A stretch of DNA of 64,000 nt from an uncultured virus (IMG/VR IMGVR_UViG_3300034062_004993) (Duplodnaviria > Heunggongvirae > Uroviricota > Caudoviricetes): the IMG/VR virus record IMGVR_UViG_3300034062_004993. The stretch is one strand, 5' to 3'. The first letter of the stretch is position 1. Each line of letters begins with the position of its first letter. The notes below the pieces were generated by a model. The model was not told the DNA's origin, made no database searches, and worked only from the letters and a program-made list of their open reading frames with translations. Positions 1 to 9,879 of the stretch are shown in pieces. The translations under genes and the position numbers were made by a program.

Positions 1-1876
1 TAGGTATTACGGGAGTCATCGCAGCTAAACCAACAGCCAAAGGTATAAAAGCTAATCCAAGAGCGGCAAACGCAGGAGCTAAACTTAACAATCCGTTGGC
101 TGTTTCTGGTGTTGCTATTTTTACAATAAAATCTCCAATTGAACCTATAACTTCCCCAATGGCTTTTCCTATCGCTATTATTCCTGGTGCTGCTAATTTA
201 AGTGCAAATCCCAAACCTATAATACCAGCAGTAACTACACCAACACCAAGCGCAACCTGAGGAGATGCGAATGATTTAAATCCTACGGCTATACCTTGCA
301 TAGCACTACCAACACCTCTTCCTGTACTACCAATTGATTTATCAATACTACCTACTTTTCCACCATCTACATTGGTATCTCCGACACCAGGAACTATATC
401 AGATACACCTCCCCCACCCCTTTTGAATAAATTTAATGGATTAAGGTTTTTGAGACCAGAACTACCTGTCATTACTTTGTTGAAAATTATAGCCTGAGCA
501 ACCATTTTTACTAATTCCAATGTCATAGCACCAAAGCCGGCTCCTGCGGATGTTGCTCCTGCCGTTATAGCACCCATAAAAGCACTTCCTTGTTCCAATA
601 ATTCTGTGTTAAGGTCAAACGCTTGATTTGCTTTTTCCATCGCCAAAAGCCGTTCATGATCCATACCTAACATATTTTGTACTATTTCTTGTTGTTCATA
701 ACTCATTTCTGAATAATTTTCTTGGTCACCCATTTGTTCTTTTATTACATTTAAAAGATTTTTTTCCGCTTCTAATTTATTTTCTGTACCCCTAGCGGTT
801 CGTAGTTGTACAGCAGCGCCTGTTAAAGCTTGGACATCAAGTTGTTTTCCTGTCATTAATCGAAATTTATTTGCTTGTTGAATATTATTTTCAATATCCA
901 TTAAAGATTTTGAAGAACTTTTTATTGATTCTCTTGTAACACCTTGCTTTACCAATTCTGCGGTTAATCGTGCATTAAGAGCCAATTCTTCTTTTGTTGC
1001 ATTTACAATTAAGTCCTGATTTTCTGCCATTTCCTTTGCAACTTTATTTGCATTCACACCCACACTACCTGCAATTTCTTCTATATTATGTACAACATCA
1101 CTCGCAGCAATTCCAGCATTTTCATACGCTAAAGCCAAATCAACGGCAGATGCCGCATCTCCCGTTAGAGCAGATAATTGAGTAACACCTTTTATCATAT
1201 CTGATGTTGCCATACCAGCATTTCCGTATTGGTCTGCTAATGCATGTGCTGCTTCTGCAGTTGCTTCAGAACCATATAATAATCCGGTCATACTGAAATT
1301 TGCTTTTCCAATCTCACCACCAATTATCGCCGCATCTCCAGCACTTATACCAAGCTGATGGGTCATATGAAACGCAGTTCCAACTATATTACTAAATTGT
1401 TCCCCCATTTTTTCAAATCCACTAATTGCTGCTTTTGCACCAAGTGCGAAAATACCTCCGGTTTTAAATATTTCAGCTATATCTTCACTTCCACCCAAAA
1501 CTCCAGCTAATTCTCCTTTTAATTCTTTATAAAGTTCTTTTTGTTTTTCTAAATTATCTTCTTGTTCTTTTGTTTTTTTTAATAGCGCAATTTGCGTATC
1601 AAGCATATCCAATGCTATTTTACTAATCTTTCTACCAAGCTTTACTTCATTTTCAATAAAAGCATCTCTTTTTTCAATTAAAGCTGATATTTGACTTTCT
1701 AAATCGTTGTGCTCTTTTACAACAGAAACAATTTCTTTCATCTTTTCTTTAGTTGAATCACTCAAATTATTTGCGATTTGAAAGTTTTTTGCAAATATGT
1801 TACTCATATCACGAGCATTTTCAAGAGCTTTTAAAGTATCTCTTCCCAAATTCGGCGAATCAGTATCCATTGCCAT
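1..1876 (-). CDS. Probable tape measure protein, N-terminal part (runs off the left edge)
   Basis: Not in the ORF track because it has no stop in the window. ATG at 1876 (MAMDTDSPNLGRDTLKALENARD...). Coiled-coil, Ala-rich sequence followed by hydrophobic Gly/Ala helices (LLSLAPAFAALGLAFIPLAVGLAAM). Lies downstream of tube and chaperone genes. Confidence 0.7.
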   Translation of the reverse strand, partial: MAMDTDSPNLGRDTLKALENARDMSNIFAKNFQIANNLSDSTKEKMKEIVSVVKEHNDLESQISALIEKRDAFIENEVKLGRKISKIALDMLDTQIALLKKTKEQEDNLEKQKELYKELKGELAGVLGGSEDIAEIFKTGGIFALGAKAAISGFEKMGEQFSNIVGTAFHMTHQLGISAGDAAIIGGEIGKANFSMTGLLYGSEATAEAAHALADQYGNAGMATSDMIKGVTQLSALTGDAASAVDLALAYENAGIAASDVVHNIEEIAGSVGVNANKVAKEMAENQDLIVNATKEELALNARLTAELVKQGVTRESIKSSSKSLMDIENNIQQANKFRLMTGKQLDVQALTGAAVQLRTARGTENKLEAEKNLLNVIKEQMGDQENYSEMSYEQQEIVQNMLGMDHERLLAMEKANQAFDLNTELLEQGSAFMGAITAGATSAGAGFGAMTLELVKMVAQAIIFNKVMTGSSGLKNLNPLNLFKRGGGGVSDIVPGVGDTNVDGGKVGSIDKSIGSTGRGVGSAMQGIAVGFKSFASPQVALGVGVVTAGIIGLGFALKLAAPGIIAIGKAIGEVIGSIGDFIVKIATPETANGLLSLAPAFAALGLAFIPLAVGLAAMTPVIP

Positions 1877-1890
1877 ATAACTATGTCCCC

Positions 1891-2160
1891 TTAATCCAAC
1901 TTATATTTTTCAGGTCTAACAAAATTACCCTGTCTATCAAGATTAACTAATTTTAATTGTGTATCTGGTACATTTTCCCAAGAACCCCACATTTTTATAA
2001 GTAATTTTTTTATATCATCATTTATAACATCAAGTTCTTTATCTAATTTTTCTATTTGGTTTTTTATTCGTTTTTTTCTATTAAAAAAAATATCAAAAAT
2101 TCCTTCATTGATATTATGCTTTTTTAATACCTTTTTTACTTCTGATAATTTTACTTTCAT
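1891..2160 (-). CDS. Hypothetical 89 aa protein with an MKVKLSE...INE leader
   Basis: ORF track; preceded by TATTTAT motif at 2182-2188. Confidence 0.7.
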   Translation of the reverse strand: MKVKLSEVKKVLKKHNINEGIFDIFFNRKKRIKNQIEKLDKELDVINDDIKKLLIKMWGSWENVPDTQLKLVNLDRQGNFVRPEKYKLD

Positions 2161-2193
2161 ATTACCCTTAATTTATATAATATAAATATAGAA

Positions 2194-2217
2194 ATACCCA
2201 ATATTTCTATTGGGTAT
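2194..2217 (-). terminator. Intrinsic terminator-like hairpin
   Basis: Perfect 10-bp stem ATACCCAATA/TATTGGGTAT with GAAA loop on the minus strand, then a T-rich tract, right after the stop of 2220..2447. Confidence 0.75.
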
Positions 2218-2219
2218 CC

Positions 2220-2447
2220 TTATCTTCTTTTTGATTGTGATTTTATTCTCGCTGCTTCTTTATCGTGTGCTGCTTTTTCTTCTTTTTTAAACTCAATAAT
2301 TTTGGTTATATAAAACTGGCGCATCCAAATGGGCATGTTATACACATCTGACCAATTAAACCCACCATTACCATGAAATATTAAATCAAAAATTTGTGAG
2401 TGTAATAATTTTCTATACTCAGGTTGATGGCCAAAAAAAGGAAACAT
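2220..2447 (-). CDS. T4 gp51-like segment; probably the frameshift extension of the upstream tail assembly chaperone
   Basis: FNWSDVYNMPIWMRQFYI resembles the gp51-type motif; overlaps the upstream ORF across a T7 run. Confidence 0.6.
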   Translation of the reverse strand: MFPFFGHQPEYRKLLHSQIFDLIFHGNGGFNWSDVYNMPIWMRQFYITKIIEFKKEEKAAHDKEAARIKSQSKRR

Positions 2448-3288
2448 CCATAGGTAGGCTTATTTCCCTCCTTTCCCCAGTTTCATCTGAAATAAATTCA
2501 TATGTTAAATCTACATCAGGTGTAACTTCATTTATATACTTTCGTAATTCTCGTGAATCTAATGCAAATAATTCGTTATCTACAAAATGATTTATTTTTT
2601 GTTGGTTATATTCCCCATCAACCGATAGAATAACAGTTTTTAAACGGGTTGTCAATTCTTTAGAAACATCATCTTTTAACTTTTTATTAACCTTTTTCAA
2701 TTCCTCCAAATCATGTTTTATTTTTCGGTCTTTAGATTCCGTCAAAGCCATAAAGGTAATTTTTCGCTTGGAATGAGGTAATAAGAACTCAAACTCATTT
2801 TTGTTTAATTCTATTTGAGCAGAACCATCATACTCTTTATTTTGGAATTGTGTTAAATCAATTGATTCTTTTTGTTTTTTTCCACTAAATGGGTCGGTAA
2901 TCTCAACTTCATAATCTTTACCATATCCCAAAATACGGCTTGAAATCATTATTGCGTTTTTATCACCAACTGTTAAATCGGTGTATTTAATGGGTTGTCC
3001 TTCCCCGTTGGAAATAATAAGTGATTGAAATAATTTATCCAAAACCGAACCATCTCTAATATAAGATTGTGTTGTTAAAATATCTTCTTCCTTTGCAGTC
3101 ATATATTTCAATTCAATTTTACCCGAAGATAGTGGATTATCTTTTGGATAAATCAACCCACGAGATGGTAATTCTATAATCTCCGTTGGAAAGTTGTATT
3201 CTTTTAATTTTTGTGTTTCGTAGGCCTGCTTTATACTTTCTACTACTTCTTTATTACTCTGATATTCATCAGTAAGATTTTGGCTCAT
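2419..3288 (-). CDS. T4 gp26-like baseplate hub / tail assembly chaperone
   Basis: IELPSRG, MTAKEEDIL, GDKNAIMISSRILGYG and C-terminal SFFWP motifs; between tube and tape measure; AGGAG SD. Confidence 0.7.
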   Translation of the reverse strand: MSQNLTDEYQSNKEVVESIKQAYETQKLKEYNFPTEIIELPSRGLIYPKDNPLSSGKIELKYMTAKEEDILTTQSYIRDGSVLDKLFQSLIISNGEGQPIKYTDLTVGDKNAIMISSRILGYGKDYEVEITDPFSGKKQKESIDLTQFQNKEYDGSAQIELNKNEFEFLLPHSKRKITFMALTESKDRKIKHDLEELKKVNKKLKDDVSKELTTRLKTVILSVDGEYNQQKINHFVDNELFALDSRELRKYINEVTPDVDLTYEFISDETGERREISLPMDVSFFWPST

Positions 3289-3345
3289 AACATTTTCTCC
3301 TTTATATATAAATACAAAATTAAGATATTTTTAATACAAAAAGAA

Positions 3346-3366
3346 AAACCCCCAAAAAGGGGGTTT
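3346..3366 (-). terminator. Intrinsic terminator after the tail tube gene
   Basis: Stem AAACCCCC/GGGGGTTT with 5-nt loop, followed by TTCTTTTG on the minus strand. Confidence 0.8.
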
Positions 3367-3407
3367 AGCATTTTTCAATTTATATTTTTTACAATCCGAA
3401 AAATAAA

Positions 3408-3899
3408 TCAATACTGTAACACGGCGTAATCATAGGATAATCCAAGTTCAACATTTGCTAATTCAGAGTCTGAAGTATAATCCATATCGGAGAATTTGGC
3501 ACGAGTGATAAAAGCCCCCTTCAATGTCCATTCTTCAACTTTATCACCAACAGGTCCTAATGCATGGAATGTAATTTCTTTTTTATAAAAGTCGGAATAA
3601 CCATCTCTACCTGTTACAGATTCGTGATGTAAACGAACCCATTCCATTACTGCTTGCGCACCAGATGGAACAATCGGGTCATAAAGTGTAATTGTTAATT
3701 CTTGCCATTCAGACCTACCTTTTACATATCTTTTAACATTGACATGGTCAATAGTTACTCTATTTTGTTGTAATTCAGGTCTATTTGCTGCTTTAATTAA
3801 ATATGCTGGTACACCCTCAATATACATAATAAATCGGTTAGCAACTTTTGGTTCAAAGTTGGTAAACATTATTTCTTGTGGTGTTAATAATTGTGCCAT
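3408..3899 (-). CDS. Tail tube protein (T4 gp19-like)
   Basis: 163 aa directly downstream of the sheath; GRSEWQELTITLYD, VMEWV, YKKEI, EEWTLKGAF and LSYDY motifs. Confidence 0.9.
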   Translation of the reverse strand: MAQLLTPQEIMFTNFEPKVANRFIMYIEGVPAYLIKAANRPELQQNRVTIDHVNVKRYVKGRSEWQELTITLYDPIVPSGAQAVMEWVRLHHESVTGRDGYSDFYKKEITFHALGPVGDKVEEWTLKGAFITRAKFSDMDYTSDSELANVELGLSYDYAVLQY

Positions 3900-3918
3900 T
3901 TATTTCTCCTTATTTCCT

Positions 3919-3925
3919 ATAAATA
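3919..3925 (-). promoter_or_regulatory. Representative copy of the TATTTAT putative late promoter
   Basis: ATAAATA on the plus strand, just upstream of minus-strand genes, starting at 2182, 3308, 3919, 6369, 6709, 9697, 16845, 27777, 29275, 29967, 32912, 38302, 40231, 42705, 43678, 47179, 49543 and 59107. Confidence 0.75.
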
Positions 3926-3939
3926 TATCTTTTCCTAAA

Positions 3940-6336
3940 TTATCCTTCTGGGAATGCTGCACCAGTTGGTAATACAGTAAAGTCTAACACGATGAATTCA
4001 GCGGTTTTTGCTGGTTGTAAGAAAATATCACCTTTTAAGATATTTCTATCAATTACATCAGGAGTGTTGTTTGTATCATCCATTACAACTCTAAATGCGT
4101 ACAAACCATTTCTTTGTTGAATTGATTCCAAATAAGGATTAACAATGGATAAGAAACGATTTCGGGTTGCTGCTGTGTTATTCTCAAACACCAAATATCT
4201 TGAAGAAGATGCGATAAACTTCTTAACTGCAATCAACAACCTTCTTACATTAATTCTATCCAAAGCAGATGGTTTAGCTTGTAGGGTTTTCTGTCCGAAT
4301 ACCGTTGCACCCTGCCCTGGGAATGTTGCGATTGGATTTACTCTACCAACATACAACTCATCTCTTTCATCATGCGTTAATCTTGTCTTAACTTCAATTA
4401 CATTTGATAAACCACCCCTATTTAATCCAGCAGGTGCGTACCATTCAGCTGCGACTTGGTCGTTGAATGCTATAACACCAGGTAAAACTACCGAAGGTGG
4501 GACCCAGACAGGTTTATTTTTATCAGTATCCAATATTTTAACCCACGGATGATAAGTTGCTACATAATTAGAATCGAATGATGCCAAATCATTAACAACC
4601 GTCGAAATACTATCACTATAAGCCCCTGCATCCATTATATAGAATGTATCACCTCTATCTTCGCAAAGGTCTTTTGCGTAAGTGGTTACTGAAGAATGTA
4701 ATCTATTGATAATACCTGGAAGAACCAACATATTCATATCAAATTCATCAGGATTTGATACCGCATTAATTGCTTTTCTCAATGCAGTAGTTCCTGCTGC
4801 CGTTGCGGATGAACAATCCAATCCCTGTGTATTTCCTGCTGAAATGCTACTACCAACCTCTATTTTTCTATTTGGTGCAAATCCATCAAAGCCACCTTGG
4901 AATGGGACCATAAATCTTCTTGCATCCAATGCTGCGGTTGATGCTCCAACGCTTAATGTTATAGGAGTACCATTTGATTCACAAGTAGCCAAATCAAAAT
5001 CAGAGCCGGCTGTAGTTAAACCGGTTTTAGGAAGAGGATTTAAGAAATTTAAGTTATCAGTAGTTACAAAATCATAAGAATAACCTAAAAATACTCTTTT
5101 GTTATACGAACCATCCAAAGATTGACTTACCACATAAGTTGGTGATGGAACGGTGTATGTATTTGGAATTGGTGAATTTAATGCCCCAAATCCAAATGGA
5201 ACTAATGATACATCATTTGCAAGCGCATCCACATCGGTATCTACCTCAACTCTAACATAAACTGAATTGTTTGCGTAATCACCATTTGTGGATAGTTTTC
5301 CATTATCGTCTACAGTAATATATTTATCCCCAATAACCCGTTTGATATAATTTGGTGAGTTAGGGTCAAGATTTAAGTTTGAGAATTGTTCAACAATATT
5401 TGGACGAGAATCCGTATCTTGTACACCCTGCCCAAAAATTGAATAAGGGATTTTAGATGTATCTACCCTTCTAATTACAACATCAAATGAACCATAATCC
5501 GTACCAGGAACATCACCCGATGCTTTAATGTTGGTAATACCAACCTTTAATTCATAGTTTGTTGAATTACCATGTGATAATGTATGAAACTTAAATAAGT
5601 TTTTGGCAACACCACCAATCTTTTGAGATTTAATCCAAGGGGTGGATGCTACTGAATATTGATTCGTAAAATCAAATAGTGTAAATGAACCTGTCTGAAC
5701 CGTTACAGTCTGACCTGTTGTTGCAAATGATTCTGATTGGAATGTATTAAAGTTTAAGTAAGTATATGCTGTCTTTGAACTTTTTGGTAAATAACCATAA
5801 GTTTTTGTAAAATAATTGGCGTTACTTGGATTCATTGAAGCAGTAACACTTGTCGAAGAAACACTACTACCAGATAAAGTTAATACAAACGATGATGCGG
5901 TTATACCACCAGTCGCACCATTTGTATTGGTAACTCTTGAAGAATCAAATATATCCGATGGAGTTGAAGTATTTGAAAGTGAGCCTGAAATAGTAGGATA
6001 CAATACTGCTGCTACCCTATTCCCAGCCGAAGATGAAATTGTTAAAACCAACGGGTCGCCAAATGAATACCCTTCTGTTCCCAATACCCTAACAATAGTT
6101 GCGTTTGGGGCGTCTTGTAAATAAGCTTGAGCAGTATAAGGAAGATAAGAATCTTCAGTTAAACCGCCAAACTTTTGTTGGAATTCATTAAATGATTGTA
6201 CTTGCGTTGGGACAAATGCAGGTCCTTTGATGGTTTGTCCAATAAGGACACCACCTATTTCTGCTACACCTTGTGGTAAAAATGATAAGTCACGCTCTCG
6301 GGTGAAAACGCCAGGACTAACAATTCTTTCAGCCAT
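3940..6336 (-). CDS. Tail sheath protein (T4 gp18-like)
   Basis: N-terminal SPGVFTRERDLS; C-terminal WYAPAGLNRG, FGQKTLQ, DRINVRRLL, PAKTAEFIVLDF. Confidence 0.97.
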   Translation of the reverse strand: MAERIVSPGVFTRERDLSFLPQGVAEIGGVLIGQTIKGPAFVPTQVQSFNEFQQKFGGLTEDSYLPYTAQAYLQDAPNATIVRVLGTEGYSFGDPLVLTISSSAGNRVAAVLYPTISGSLSNTSTPSDIFDSSRVTNTNGATGGITASSFVLTLSGSSVSSTSVTASMNPSNANYFTKTYGYLPKSSKTAYTYLNFNTFQSESFATTGQTVTVQTGSFTLFDFTNQYSVASTPWIKSQKIGGVAKNLFKFHTLSHGNSTNYELKVGITNIKASGDVPGTDYGSFDVVIRRVDTSKIPYSIFGQGVQDTDSRPNIVEQFSNLNLDPNSPNYIKRVIGDKYITVDDNGKLSTNGDYANNSVYVRVEVDTDVDALANDVSLVPFGFGALNSPIPNTYTVPSPTYVVSQSLDGSYNKRVFLGYSYDFVTTDNLNFLNPLPKTGLTTAGSDFDLATCESNGTPITLSVGASTAALDARRFMVPFQGGFDGFAPNRKIEVGSSISAGNTQGLDCSSATAAGTTALRKAINAVSNPDEFDMNMLVLPGIINRLHSSVTTYAKDLCEDRGDTFYIMDAGAYSDSISTVVNDLASFDSNYVATYHPWVKILDTDKNKPVWVPPSVVLPGVIAFNDQVAAEWYAPAGLNRGGLSNVIEVKTRLTHDERDELYVGRVNPIATFPGQGATVFGQKTLQAKPSALDRINVRRLLIAVKKFIASSSRYLVFENNTAATRNRFLSIVNPYLESIQQRNGLYAFRVVMDDTNNTPDVIDRNILKGDIFLQPAKTAEFIVLDFTVLPTGAAFPEG

Positions 6337-6399
6337 TATATTCTCCTAATAGTTTTTGTTTCTATATAATAAATACAAAAAAATTAGGGAAACCTATAT

Positions 6400-6681
6400 T
6401 TATTGAGCCGATGTAAAGGTATTTGTATCAATATCGTATGAACCCACTCCATATTTTTGAGTAAGTTCTTTTCCAAACTCATTTTGGGTTTGAGCGAGTT
6501 CTTTATAATTTTTAATTAATTCTTCCTTTTCGGCTCGCAAACTTGCGAAAATTTCCTCTAATTCTTTGGATTGTATTTCTATTTCTCCAAGTCTTGCCGT
6601 AACTGCCAAGTTTTTTTGACGAAATTCTAAAAGTCGTTCTCTTTCAGTATCTTCAAATTGCTTTACTACTTTTTCTTCCAT
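6400..6681 (-). CDS. Small coiled-coil hypothetical protein
   Basis: 93 aa helical ORF ending KYGVGSYDIDTNTF; TATTTAT upstream. Confidence 0.7.
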   Translation of the reverse strand: MEEKVVKQFEDTERERLLEFRQKNLAVTARLGEIEIQSKELEEIFASLRAEKEELIKNYKELAQTQNEFGKELTQKYGVGSYDIDTNTFTSAQ

Positions 6682-6725
6682 AGATTTTGTTTTTTATATT
6701 GTTTATTAATAAATATTGAAAAAAG

Positions 6726-7562
6726 TTATTTAAAATCAGTTTCTTCGTTTAATCCACCACTTAATTTTGGACTTTCATTAAAAATTATTTTTCCAACTGA
6801 ATATATTTTTTTATTGTTTGGTATCATCCCCGCATATTCGGGTATAATATAGGCTTTTGTAACCAAAGTAATACTTGCTCTTACAATTCTATCATCATTT
6901 ATATCTTGTATCGTTTCAAAGTTATAACTATCACCTTTTACCTGAAACTTAAACCTATCACCAAAAGACCTTCCTTGAAAGAAAATAATTTGTTCAACTA
7001 CTTTGTTTAATTGTTCCATATAATCACACCAAACCGTCATTTCATACGAAACATCTAAATAATCAGGTCTTTCTACTGCTATATATTCTTTTACAGGTTT
7101 TTGCCCCGTCAATAATGAAAATTGGTCATATCTATTAGCTTTTGTATATTTCCGTTCAAATGCTTGATGCGCATCTTCGGAGTTTAATACTTTTAACTTT
7201 GCTGCATTTTGATTTGTGGATAACCCCGTTCTTTTAAATACAATAATTGGTGTTTGTATTTTACCATTTGTATCCCGTATAAAAGAATCTTTTTGAGCCG
7301 ATGACCATTTTTCAGGATTTGCATAAATAACAGGCACACTAATTATTTGCCCATCATCTTCTATAAAAGGTTTTACATTATTGACTAAAAAATCCCTAAA
7401 AGCAAGGTCAATATCATAAATACCTACTGATATATTTTTTGTTTTATCATCATCCCTCCGAACCTGTTTTGCTTTGTTCAACTTCGGGTTTTCCGATGTT
7501 GATGACATAGTCTGCTTTAAATCAGGCTTTTCTGAGTTTATATTTCTATATGTGTTAGGCAT
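6726..7562 (-). CDS. Tail completion / sheath terminator protein (T4 gp15-like)
   Basis: VPVIYANPEKW, PIIVFKRTG and YEMTVWCDYMEQLNKVVEQI motifs; third neck gene before the sheath. Confidence 0.7.
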   Translation of the reverse strand: MPNTYRNINSEKPDLKQTMSSTSENPKLNKAKQVRRDDDKTKNISVGIYDIDLAFRDFLVNNVKPFIEDDGQIISVPVIYANPEKWSSAQKDSFIRDTNGKIQTPIIVFKRTGLSTNQNAAKLKVLNSEDAHQAFERKYTKANRYDQFSLLTGQKPVKEYIAVERPDYLDVSYEMTVWCDYMEQLNKVVEQIIFFQGRSFGDRFKFQVKGDSYNFETIQDINDDRIVRASITLVTKAYIIPEYAGMIPNNKKIYSVGKIIFNESPKLSGGLNEETDFK

Positions 7563-7565
7563 TTA

Positions 7566-8096
7566 TTATATTCCTATTGGTAAATAGTTATCATTTTTGT
7601 TAGAATTCCCAAAGCGAACATCAACCAACTTAATAGATGATTGTTTTGTTACATGCGCAAGACATGAAATAGAAAGTGATGTTCCATGTCCATCTCCACC
7701 ATCCCAAGTTTCGGGATTTTTACCTACAAATAATCGGTTTTCATTTATATTATCAACTAAATAATATTCATTATCCCAATATATTATATCACCTACATCC
7801 GGCTTTACATCTTTATCATCTTTTAAAGTATCTCTTAAAAAGTTAAATGTTGCTGTATGCACATAAGATTGTCCAAAATCATCTGAAACTGCTTCTGTAT
7901 CTTGTCTATCAATTAAGCAAGGGATTTTGACTGGATTATAAAAATATTTATCTTTACTTTCCCCATAAAGATTAACCAATGATTCATCCAATACAGGTTT
8001 GTAATAATAGACTTCCGTATCAATTATTTCATTGATAAGTTCTTTGTTTAATCTTCTAATTAAACTAACATCTCTTGCCGAACCAAATAGTGCCAT
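7566..8096 (-). CDS. Neck / head closure protein (T4 gp14-like)
   Basis: NLYGES and PDVGDIIYW motifs; synteny. Confidence 0.65.
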   Translation of the reverse strand: MALFGSARDVSLIRRLNKELINEIIDTEVYYYKPVLDESLVNLYGESKDKYFYNPVKIPCLIDRQDTEAVSDDFGQSYVHTATFNFLRDTLKDDKDVKPDVGDIIYWDNEYYLVDNINENRLFVGKNPETWDGGDGHGTSLSISCLAHVTKQSSIKLVDVRFGNSNKNDNYLPIGI

Positions 8097-8101
8097 AAAT
8101 A

Positions 8102-9265
8102 TTACCCTATGTAAATTGGCATTGGAACACGATTGAGGGTTGATTCTAAAAATTCGGTTTCATCCTTCTTTGCTTCCAAAAGCGCCCTTTTACTTGTTGC
8201 TTCCAACATCTCTTTTAATTGTGTTACTAATTGCTCTCTTTCAGTTGCAGATTGATTCCTTAAATCAGAACCATCCAAAGTAACTTCTGCGCCAGGTATT
8301 GGAATTGAACTAAATTTAGACCTGACCATACCCAATGAATCTTTTACCAAAGCCAATGTGTATTTAAAAATCCATTGTCTACCATGCGCACTTATATCAC
8401 AATAATCCAATCTACCAAATGGGCTATTTGAAAAATCAGATACTACACCCGATTTTGCTATTGGATTATTTCTTTCAGAATCAAGTGTGTATTCAAAATG
8501 AACTTTTGTTCTATGATAAGTATCGCTTGGGAATGGAAATACACGAATCCGTTTTCCATACATCTTAAATCCAAATTGGGATTTTCTAATCATATCATTA
8601 AACTCAATTGCCTGCAATCTAAGTAGGTCATCATACATAGGCTGCATTAAAAATGAAACACCAGGTGAGTAATTTCCCCAACCAAAAGTTTCTAACATTT
8701 GTTGCGAACCAAGACCCGTTCCAATAAATGGGTCAAAATACCTAACAATGGCAGGTGGATTTTCATGATACAATTTACGAATTGTAATTGAATCGGTTGA
8801 TAAATTACCTGCCTCTAAACTTACAATAGTACTATCTGATAAATCATAAATTTGCTTTCCACTAACTAACTCAAAAGAACCAGTGTAATGGGTCAATGTT
8901 CCGCCGGATTTTGCTTCAGTTCCATAATCTGCGGCAATGTTTATTATTCCACTAAAATTATTATTTATTAATTTCCCATTTAAATTATTGGTCAATAAAG
9001 AACCCTGTAAACTTAATAGGTTTTCCTTTGTCCTATATTGATTTAATTGTGATGAAAATTCATCTGTTGCTTCCTCAAAGCAGGCGTAAAAATCTATATC
9101 TTGTAGTTCTATATCTACAACAGGATAACCCAATCTACGAGCGCACCATGTTATTACCGAATCAGCATCTGTCTGAAAATCGTAATCATTATCGAACCAC
9201 CCAAATGGTGTTTTGCCGGGAAAGAATGATGATGAACCAGGATATATTGCGATATTTACTGCCAT
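8102..9265 (-). CDS. Neck protein (T4 gp13-like)
   Basis: RRLGYPVVDIEL, WIFKYTLALVK, RSKFSSIPIPGAEVTLDG and terminal PMPIYIG motifs. Confidence 0.85.
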   Translation of the reverse strand: MAVNIAIYPGSSSFFPGKTPFGWFDNDYDFQTDADSVITWCARRLGYPVVDIELQDIDFYACFEEATDEFSSQLNQYRTKENLLSLQGSLLTNNLNGKLINNNFSGIINIAADYGTEAKSGGTLTHYTGSFELVSGKQIYDLSDSTIVSLEAGNLSTDSITIRKLYHENPPAIVRYFDPFIGTGLGSQQMLETFGWGNYSPGVSFLMQPMYDDLLRLQAIEFNDMIRKSQFGFKMYGKRIRVFPFPSDTYHRTKVHFEYTLDSERNNPIAKSGVVSDFSNSPFGRLDYCDISAHGRQWIFKYTLALVKDSLGMVRSKFSSIPIPGAEVTLDGSDLRNQSATEREQLVTQLKEMLEATSKRALLEAKKDETEFLESTLNRVPMPIYIG

Positions 9266-9282
9266 TTTGTGTTACCTATGTT

Positions 9283-9675
9283 TTATTCACCAAGTATATC
9301 GGTTGGTGTGGTTTCTTCACTATTATCTTCTTCAACAATAGTTTCTTCGGTTTCAGTTGTTACTTCTTCAACAACAGGCTTAACATAATGTTCAAATGTT
9401 GAAAACTCATTTACTTCATTTGCAGATTTTAAATGGTTTATAACATAATTCTCCAAAGCATTCAATAATTGGTCATGCCCATTTGTTATAGAATTATCAT
9501 AAACAAGTTCCGATTTATCAATAGATTGATACGCAACAGTTCCATTATTATCAATATGAACATCGAGCGCAATTCCGCCTGGATATACCAAATGTGGAAC
9601 AAGTGTTAAAATTGGTGATTGGTGAATTAAACCAGTTGTTGGGTTTTGAAAAAATCCTGTTACTTTAATTGCCAT
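9283..9675 (-). CDS. Hypothetical protein with acidic tail
   Basis: ORF track; AGGAG SD and TATTTAT upstream. Confidence 0.7.
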   Translation of the reverse strand: MAIKVTGFFQNPTTGLIHQSPILTLVPHLVYPGGIALDVHIDNNGTVAYQSIDKSELVYDNSITNGHDQLLNALENYVINHLKSANEVNEFSTFEHYVKPVVEEVTTETEETIVEEDNSEETTPTDILGE

Positions 9676-9707
9676 ATATACTTTCTCCTATTTTATATAA
9701 ATAGTTT

Positions 9708-9878
9708 TTATTTTTGTTTATTACCCCGCTTTTCCAATTTCTCCATCACTTCTGTATGTGTTAATAGTTTACCACTTTGAGATGCCATTTGTTGAAATTC
9801 TTCCATAGTAATTTGAATAATGGGTTTACCACTATCTTTGATATGTTGGAGGAGTTGAGGTGTTGGTTTAAGGAACAT
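9708..9878 (-). CDS. Small hypothetical protein (56 aa, below the track cutoff)
   Basis: Manual translation MFLKPTPQLLQHIKDSGKPIIQITMEEFQQMASQSGKLLTHTEVMEKLEKRGNKQK; starts immediately after the upstream stop and fills the gap. Confidence 0.6.
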   Translation of the reverse strand: MFLKPTPQLLQHIKDSGKPIIQITMEEFQQMASQSGKLLTHTEVMEKLEKRGNKQK

Positions 9879-9879
9879 A

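Noticed and set aside
8095..8101. TATTTAT overlapping the start codon of the gp14-like gene
   Set aside because: Overlaps the ATG itself, so it cannot be that gene's promoter; not counted among the 18
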